From Desulfobulbales bacterium (GTDB taxonomy: Bacteria; Desulfobacterota; Desulfobulbia; Desulfobulbales; Desulfocapsaceae): a stretch of DNA of 64,000 bases. A model generated the notes under the pieces. The model was not told the DNA's origin and ran no database searches. It saw only the letters and a list, made by a program, of their open reading frames with translations. The DNA is taken from assembly GCA_038211245.1 (NCBI GenBank), contig JBBQVT010000002.1:2534-66533 (forward strand), read 5' to 3'. The translations under genes were made by a program, and so were the position numbers. Below, one piece after another: positions 57,767 to 64,000 of this stretch. Every line of letters begins with the position of its first letter. The first letter of the stretch is position 1.

Positions 57767-58837
57767 ATGGCCGAAGAAAGCCCAGCAGGTGGAGAGCGCA
57801 CGGAAGAACCGTCGTCAAAACGGCGGGAAGATTTTCGTAAAAAGGGCCAGGTTGCCCAAAGCAAAGAGGTGCAGACCGCAGCTCTCTTAACGATTGTTCT
57901 GCTTTTTTGGCTGATGTATCTGCCGATATTCTGGAAATCCTTTGCTGAACTTATTTTTTCTCTCTGGCAAGCGAGCGGGGAATTCCACATAACCCCAACC
58001 TCGATCATCGCCCTGGCAACCTTCCTTCTTCAAAAAACCGGTTTGCTTCTCGCCCCCCTCTTTCTTCTGGTTATGCTCGTTTCTTTTTTCTCAAGCTTTT
58101 TCCAATTCGGCTGGCTACTTACCAGCAATCCGCTTATCCCTGATTTTTCAAAACTCAATCCGCTAACCGGAATGGCTCGGTTCTTTTCGAAAAAATCCCT
58201 GATCGAAGTCATCAAGTCCCTCCTTAAGGTGACCCTCATCGGCTGGATATCCGTTTCCACCGTTCTCGACCATTTTAATGAAGCCCTCATCCTCATCGAC
58301 ACCGACATCGGCAGCACCTTCCGCTATCTCGCCAAGGTCTCAGCCCTGATCATGGGAAAGATCTGCGCCATTCTCATCCTTTTGGCATTTCTCGATTTTC
58401 TTTTTATCCGCTGGGAGATGGAGGAAAAAATGAAAATGACCAAACAGGAACAGAAGGAAGAGTTCAAAGAGAGTGAGGGCGACCCACATATCAAGGCACA
58501 GATTCGTTCGATCCAACAGGCAATGGCCCGCAAACGAATGATGGCTGAGGTACCGAAGGCCGATGTGGTGGTTACCAACCCTACGCATCTGGCGGTCGCC
58601 ATCCGTTACAATGCAAAAGAGATGGACGCGCCCTTGGTGGTCGCCAAAGGGGCTGATTTAATCGCCTTGAAAATCCGCGAAATTGCTCTGGCGCACAAGA
58701 TTCCGATTATCGAAAATCCACCCGTGGCTCGAATATTGCATAAATTGGACCTAGGACAACACATTCCCGAGAATCTCTTTAAAGTAATTGCTGAGATTCT
58801 CGCCCACGTTTATTCACTTAAAGGCAAGATTCATTGA
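57767..58837 (+). CDS. flhB: Flagellar export switch protein FlhB
   Basis: RTEEPS.KR, KGQV..S, EGDPHIK, NPTH autocleavage motif. Confidence 0.97.
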   Translation: MAEESPAGGERTEEPSSKRREDFRKKGQVAQSKEVQTAALLTIVLLFWLMYLPIFWKSFAELIFSLWQASGEFHITPTSIIALATFLLQKTGLLLAPLFLLVMLVSFFSSFFQFGWLLTSNPLIPDFSKLNPLTGMARFFSKKSLIEVIKSLLKVTLIGWISVSTVLDHFNEALILIDTDIGSTFRYLAKVSALIMGKICAILILLAFLDFLFIRWEMEEKMKMTKQEQKEEFKESEGDPHIKAQIRSIQQAMARKRMMAEVPKADVVVTNPTHLAVAIRYNAKEMDAPLVVAKGADLIALKIREIALAHKIPIIENPPVARILHKLDLGQHIPENLFKVIAEILAHVYSLKGKIH

Positions 58838-60933
58838 TGGAACTGAGCAACGTTCAAAATTCTTTGACAAACTTTGATTATAAGCAGTTGCTTGGACGCA
58901 GTGATATAATCGCCGCCCTAGGTCTTGTCGCCATCCTGATGATGATGATCATCCCTCTGCCGGCTATCGTCCTTGATCTGTTTCTGACCCTGAGTATCAC
59001 CATCGCTCTGCTTATTCTCATTCTCAGCCTGTATACCAAGAAGGCTACCGATTTCTCGATCTTCCCCTCTATCCTTCTCGTTACCACCCTGTTCAGACTC
59101 TCTTTGAATGTTGCCTCCACCCGTCTCATTCTTTTGCATGGTGATGAAGGTCCGGGAGCCGCCGGCACAGTCATTCAAGCCTTCGGCCAATTTGTGGTCG
59201 GCGGCAATTATTTCGTTGGGGTAATTATCTTTGTCATCCTGGTCCTCATCAATTTCATGGTTATCACCAAGGGTGCCGGCCGGGTAGCCGAGGTAGCCGC
59301 CCGTTTTACCCTCGATGCCATGCCCGGCAAACAGATGGCCATCGATGCCGACCTCAATGCCGGCTTAATCAACGAAGATGAAGCCCGCAGTCGGCGGGAA
59401 AACATAAGTAAGGAAGCCAATTTCCACGGGGCAATGGACGGCGCCTCGAAGTTTGTCAAGGGTGATGCCATTGCCGGCATCATCATCACCTTGATCAATG
59501 TCGGTGCCGGCTTTATTATTGGCGTGGTGCAAAAAGATATGCCCATGGCCGAAGCCGCTGCCAATTATACCATTCTGACGGTGGGCGACGGACTCGTAGG
59601 GCAAATTCCTGCGCTTATTATTTCCACCGCCGCCGGCCTCTTGGTAACACGGGCTACAGGTGAAAAGGATTTCGGCACCGATCTCAAGAACCAGTTTTCC
59701 ACCAGTCCGATCGCTCTATGGGTGGTATCGGGCATTCTCATTGTCTTTGCCATCATTCCCGGCATGCCCTTCATTCCCTTTCTCCTCCTCGCTTTCTCCA
59801 TGGCAGCTCTTGCTTTCCAACTTGATAGATCAAAAAAAGCCTTGGTAGAGGAGGTCGTCGAAAAGCCCTCACAGGTACCAGCGCGTCGGGAAGAAAATTA
59901 CGAAGACATGCTCAATGTCGACTTGTTGCAACTTGAAGTGGGCTACGGTCTCATTCCCTTTGTCGATTCAGCGCAGGACGGCGAACTCCTCAACCGCATC
60001 CAATCGATTCGTAAACAATTTGCCATGAACAACGGCTTTATCGTCCCGCCGGTACACATAAGGGATAACCTGCAATTGAATCCCAATCAATACACCTTCT
60101 CCCTTAAAGGCGTAAGAGTCGCCGATGCAGAGATGCTGCCCGGCCATTACATGGCTATGGACCCCGGCATGGTGACTGAGACCATGCGGGGAATAGCCAC
60201 CACGGAACCCGCCTTCGGTCTTCCGGCCATCTGGATTTCCTCGGAAAAAAAAGATCGGGCCCAGATTGCCGGATATACGGTGGTAGACTGCACCACGGTC
60301 ATGGCCACCCACATCAGTGAAATCATCAAACAACATTCACATGAACTGATCGGCCGCCAGGAAGTACAGGGCCTCCTTGACAATTTAAGCAAAACATACC
60401 CGAAACTTGTGGAAGATCTGGTGCCGACCGTGCTGTCACTTGGAACCATTATGCGGGTACTGCAGAACCTCTTAAAAGAAGGCGTGTCTATCCGTGATCT
60501 CAGGTCCATCCTGGAAACCTTGGCCGATTGGGCCCAGGCAACGCAAGACACCGACGTCCTCACCGAATACGTCCGCCATGCCTTATCCAGGACCATCAGC
60601 AGCGATCTGGCGGTGAACGGAATTATTCCGGTCATCACCCTGGCACGTCCTGCCGAAGATGCTATCCGCAACTCCATCCAGCATAAAGAAACCGGCAGCT
60701 ATCTGGCGATTGACCCAATCATCGCCCAGCGAATCCTCGATTCCATAGGTAAAGGTATTTCCCTCTTTGAAGGCGGCAGCAGGCCGGTGCTGTTGTCGGC
60801 ACCGCAGATACGCCCTTATGTGCGGAGCCTGACAGAACGATATTACCCGGCCCTTACGATCATTTCCCACAACGAAGTCACGCCAAACCTCAAAGTCAGA
60901 TCTCTCGGCACGGTGACCCTTGATGCAAGTTAG
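58837..60933 (+). CDS. flhA: Flagellar export protein FlhA
   Basis: RLSLNVASTR, RVAEVAARFTLDAMPGKQMAIDADL, GAMDGASKFVKGDA. Confidence 0.98.
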   Translation: MELSNVQNSLTNFDYKQLLGRSDIIAALGLVAILMMMIIPLPAIVLDLFLTLSITIALLILILSLYTKKATDFSIFPSILLVTTLFRLSLNVASTRLILLHGDEGPGAAGTVIQAFGQFVVGGNYFVGVIIFVILVLINFMVITKGAGRVAEVAARFTLDAMPGKQMAIDADLNAGLINEDEARSRRENISKEANFHGAMDGASKFVKGDAIAGIIITLINVGAGFIIGVVQKDMPMAEAAANYTILTVGDGLVGQIPALIISTAAGLLVTRATGEKDFGTDLKNQFSTSPIALWVVSGILIVFAIIPGMPFIPFLLLAFSMAALAFQLDRSKKALVEEVVEKPSQVPARREENYEDMLNVDLLQLEVGYGLIPFVDSAQDGELLNRIQSIRKQFAMNNGFIVPPVHIRDNLQLNPNQYTFSLKGVRVADAEMLPGHYMAMDPGMVTETMRGIATTEPAFGLPAIWISSEKKDRAQIAGYTVVDCTTVMATHISEIIKQHSHELIGRQEVQGLLDNLSKTYPKLVEDLVPTVLSLGTIMRVLQNLLKEGVSIRDLRSILETLADWAQATQDTDVLTEYVRHALSRTISSDLAVNGIIPVITLARPAEDAIRNSIQHKETGSYLAIDPIIAQRILDSIGKGISLFEGGSRPVLLSAPQIRPYVRSLTERYYPALTIISHNEVTPNLKVRSLGTVTLDAS

Positions 60934-62266
60934 AGTCTTTGAAGCAACGGATATGGCGTCTGGGCTGAAAATGATCAAGAAGGAGCTTGGCCCCGATGCC
61001 CTGATACTCTCGACCAGAACCATTCGCAATGGCAAATTTGGTCTTGTGGGCAAACCCATCCTGGAAATTACTGCCGCCATTGATTCCGAATTTCCAGGCA
61101 AGAGCCACGGAGCAGGGCAAGACACAAGCATCCGGGAGCGACAACCTGAGGAAACTTTTAACAGGAGAATCGGCGGATTCAAAAATGTCGTCGACGATTG
61201 CACCGACAATTCCCCGCATACACAAGCCGCCCCTCCCAACCATTATGGCCCCTCCGGTCGAAAAATCGACAGACGCAATGCCCTGGTTGAGACAAGAGAA
61301 CAACCGGCACCAGACCTCCGGAACGAGGTCAATGAGCTGAAAGATCTGGTGAAAAATCTGGTCGGGAAAATCGCCGACATTGCCGAAAAAGAAGAAACGG
61401 CAAAACAAGCGCGACACTTGACCGTCAAAGACAGTGGTTTCGGCAATCGTTACCATGCGACAACCATTCATGGCGACCATATCCTCTCGATGCTCATAGA
61501 GAGAGGGGTAAACGTCGAAACATCGAGGACTATTGCCGGATTCCTCAGGGAAAGTCTTACCGACCGGGAACTCGGCGATCCGGAGATAGTCACGGCGGCG
61601 ATCATCGGCACCATTGAAGATCTCATTCAGGTGAGCCCTCCGGCCTTTGCCGAGCGAAAAGCTCAACAGCGTATCGCCTTGGTCGGCCCCACCGGCGTCG
61701 GCAAGACCACGACGCTTGCAAAGATTGCCGCCGCGTATTTGAGCAAGCACTCCCATTCCGTCGCCCTTGTGACCATCGATACCTACCGTATTGCCGCAGT
61801 TGAACAACTGAAGGTGTACGGAGAAATCATGCACCTGCCGGTGGACGTGGTCATCACCCCGGAACAACTGGAAAAGGCTATCGAGCGGCACCGTGACAAG
61901 GAACTCATCCTCATCGATACCGCCGGCCGAAGTCCACGAGACGGCTTCTGCATAAATGAACTGGCCGAGTTCTTGAAACCGGAACTGAATATCGACAAAC
62001 ATCTGGTACTGTCGGCGACGACTCGGGAGCATGAGCTCCTTGATGCCATAGGGCGTTTCCAGAACCTCGGAATTACCCATACGATTTTCACCAAGATAGA
62101 CGAGTGTGCCAACCTCGGGATACTGCTTAACGTACAGATTCAAAATGCCAACCCTCTGTCATATTTTGCCAACGGACAAAGAGTTCCAGAAGATTTACTC
62201 GAAGCCAGCTCGAAAATCGCTGCAGAACTGATCATGGCCCAAAAGGAAGGATCAATGCATGACTAA
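60923..62266 (+). CDS. flhF: SRP-type GTPase FlhF
   Basis: LGPDALILST, GPTGVGKTTT.AK, DTYRIAA.EQL, DTAGRS, TKIDE, GQRVPEDL. Confidence 0.96.
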   Translation: MQVRVFEATDMASGLKMIKKELGPDALILSTRTIRNGKFGLVGKPILEITAAIDSEFPGKSHGAGQDTSIRERQPEETFNRRIGGFKNVVDDCTDNSPHTQAAPPNHYGPSGRKIDRRNALVETREQPAPDLRNEVNELKDLVKNLVGKIADIAEKEETAKQARHLTVKDSGFGNRYHATTIHGDHILSMLIERGVNVETSRTIAGFLRESLTDRELGDPEIVTAAIIGTIEDLIQVSPPAFAERKAQQRIALVGPTGVGKTTTLAKIAAAYLSKHSHSVALVTIDTYRIAAVEQLKVYGEIMHLPVDVVITPEQLEKAIERHRDKELILIDTAGRSPRDGFCINELAEFLKPELNIDKHLVLSATTREHELLDAIGRFQNLGITHTIFTKIDECANLGILLNVQIQNANPLSYFANGQRVPEDLLEASSKIAAELIMAQKEGSMHD

Positions 62267-63158
62267 TATCGCCCGCATGGCAGTCGACCAGGCCAAGACC
62301 CTCCGGGATCTTAATTCCCAGCAGCCCGGTTCATTGCCACATAAAAATGACCAGCCGACCAGTGTCTATGCGATAACCAGCGGCAAAGGCGGTGTCGGGA
62401 AAACGGCTGTGACTGCCAACCTCGCGTATGTCCTCGGCTCTATGGGCAAACGGGTGCTTATCCTTGATGCCGACCTCGGCCTGGCGAATATCGATGTCGT
62501 CTTTGGTATTTCCCCGAACTTCAATCTCAACCATTTCTTTACCGGCGAGCAGGATCTCCAGGGAATTATGTGCGACGGGCCGATGGGCATTAAAATTCTG
62601 CCGGCGGGGTCCGGCATCCAGAATTTTACCAACCTTGATTCGCACCAAAAGATGCGTCTTCTCGACGGTCTTGATGCCATGCAGAATCATTTCGACTTTG
62701 TCCTGATCGACACCGAAGCGGGCATCTCTGAAAATGTCACCTATTTTAATACAGCAGCCCAGGAGATACTGGTCATCACCACTCCCGAACCGACGGCGAT
62801 CACCGATGCCTACGCCTTGATGAAGCTGCTTTCCACCCAGTATCACGAAAAACACTTTAACTTGGTTGTCAACCAGATCCAGAGTGAAGACGATGCCCTC
62901 GACGTGTATCGAAAATTGACCATGGTTGCCAACAGATATCTTGACATTTCCATAGATTATCTTGGATCTATCCCGGATGATCGACAAATGGTCGACTCAA
63001 TCCGTAAACAAAAAGTTATCAGCGAACTCTATCCCGGATCAAAAATCACCCTGGCTTTCCGGCAGCTGGCCGGCAGGATCTGTTCCGAACCGACACAGGC
63101 CTCGCCGAAGGGCAATCTCCAGTTTTTCTGGAAGAAACTGCTGCATATGGGGGGATAG
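62259..63158 (+). CDS. flhG: MinD/ParA-family flagellar number regulator FlhG/FleN
   Basis: DQA..LR N-terminus, TSGKGGVGKT, DADLGLANID, PEPTAITDAYA. Confidence 0.95.
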   Translation: MTNIARMAVDQAKTLRDLNSQQPGSLPHKNDQPTSVYAITSGKGGVGKTAVTANLAYVLGSMGKRVLILDADLGLANIDVVFGISPNFNLNHFFTGEQDLQGIMCDGPMGIKILPAGSGIQNFTNLDSHQKMRLLDGLDAMQNHFDFVLIDTEAGISENVTYFNTAAQEILVITTPEPTAITDAYALMKLLSTQYHEKHFNLVVNQIQSEDDALDVYRKLTMVANRYLDISIDYLGSIPDDRQMVDSIRKQKVISELYPGSKITLAFRQLAGRICSEPTQASPKGNLQFFWKKLLHMGG

Positions 63159-63161
63159 AGG

Positions 63162-63896
63162 ATGCCTATACTCTACAATCAAAGCCCGCATATGGAAAAC
63201 CGAACCCAGCTCATCCATGACCATCTCTATCTCGTCGATATCCTCGCCAGAAGAATGGTTACCCAAGTTCCCGCTTTTATGAACAGGGATGATATCAAGA
63301 GTGCCGGAATGCTTGGTCTCCTGGATGCGGCAAACAAATTCGATGCAACGAAGAACATCCTTTTCAAGACCTTTGCCGAATATCGGATTCGTGGCGCCAT
63401 CCTTGATGAAATGCGCAAACTCGACTGGTTTTCCAGATCACTGCGCGACAAACAAAATAAAATCGGCAGGACCATCAGCGACCTGGAGATGCAGCTGGGG
63501 CGAGAGCCTGAAGACCATGAGGTCGCCGGGGCGATGGCCATGTCGCTTGATGAATATCGCGCGATTCTCGTCGAAGTAAGTCACCTGGGGTGTGTCAGCC
63601 TCAATGAGACCCTCGACCATTCCGATGAAGGCCGGTCCTTTCTCGACAGTCTCACCGATGACCGGCCACAAACTGCACCAGGGGCAAGGATTGAAGACCA
63701 GCAACTGACCAGCACCATTGCCCTGGTGCTCGGCCAGCTTTCCGAAAAAGAACGATTGGTGATTTCTCTCTACTATTATGAAGAACTCACCCAAAAGGAA
63801 ATTGCCGAAGCTATGGAACTTTCCGAAGGACGAGTGAGTCAATTACATAGCCAGGCGCTGATCAAACTGAAGACAAAATTGGATGCCCGGCTCTAA
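63162..63896 (+). CDS. fliA: RNA polymerase sigma factor FliA (sigma28)
   Basis: GLLDAA.KFD, YRIRGAILDEMR.LDW, YYYEELT.KEIA, SEGRVSQLHSQA. Confidence 0.97.
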   Translation: MPILYNQSPHMENRTQLIHDHLYLVDILARRMVTQVPAFMNRDDIKSAGMLGLLDAANKFDATKNILFKTFAEYRIRGAILDEMRKLDWFSRSLRDKQNKIGRTISDLEMQLGREPEDHEVAGAMAMSLDEYRAILVEVSHLGCVSLNETLDHSDEGRSFLDSLTDDRPQTAPGARIEDQQLTSTIALVLGQLSEKERLVISLYYYEELTQKEIAEAMELSEGRVSQLHSQALIKLKTKLDARL

Positions 63897-63948
63897 GCAT
63901 CGTATCTCTCTTCAGCCAGGAGGCTCCACCACTGACCCCGGAGAAACC

Positions 63949-64000
63949 ATGACGGAATCTACTCTTTTTTTTTATTTTTTCCTGTTGTTTTTGCTCCTGT
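63949..64000 (+). CDS. Partial CDS truncated by the window end; hydrophobic N-terminus
   Basis: GGAG RBS, then ATG and MTESTLFFYFFLLFLLL, open to the end of the window. Confidence 0.5.
   Translation, partial: MTESTLFFYFFLLFLLL

Noticed and set aside
60896-62143. 415-aa ORF on the - strand
   Set aside because: Antisense shadow of flhF with no recognisable domain.
63965-63980. Poly-T runs in the truncated last ORF as a possible phase-variation tract
   Set aside because: Adequately explained by Phe/Leu codons of a transmembrane helix; the gene is truncated and cannot be assessed.
1-64000. CRISPR arrays, prophage, integrases, transposases or canonical defence systems
   Set aside because: No spaced direct repeats and no recombinase, transposase, phage or nuclease genes were recognised; the window looks like core chromosome.

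Overview
64 kb of chromosomal core sequence from a motile Gram-negative bacterium. Gene content and order suggest Desulfobacterota, probably Desulfobulbales/Desulfocapsaceae-like (inference). The left part (1-25.5 kb) is housekeeping and envelope: lepA, FapA/DUF342, a HAD+PRTase-like protein with a GT2, a Crp/HcpR-like regulator, dinB, sppA, a PilZ protein, an M16 peptidase, lpxL-like/msbA/O-antigen ligase, an orphan sensor kinase, a DUF6909-like PNP-fold protein, engB, hisG, hisI and an FKBP. The right part (25.6-64 kb) is a chemotaxis and flagellar supercluster: cheA-W-B-R-REC, a pentapeptide protein, a cNMP-binding protein, a FleQ/FlrA-like sigma54 activator, a divergent cheY-cheX-cheX-(triple CheX/CheC + pseudo-receiver) unit, then a TPR gene, flgBC-fliEFGHIJ-motE-like-fliK-flgDE and fliLMNOPQR-flhBAF-flhG-fliA. 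Two sigma54 promoters and candidate FleQ-type enhancers are visible. I saw no rRNA, tRNA, CRISPR array, prophage or intact mobile element. The most notable items are: (1) an 833-aa protein with three tandem ExxN-bearing CheX/CheC-like domains plus a pseudo-receiver; (2) a probable dual-domain ribofuranosyltransferase; (3) a PflA-like periplasmic TPR gene and a MotE/FlgY-like gene, hinting at a scaffolded motor; (4) an Arg-rich DRR insertion in CheA; (5) a PNP-fold gene overlapping an orphan kinase. All family assignments are by eye from motifs and synteny; no database searches were run.
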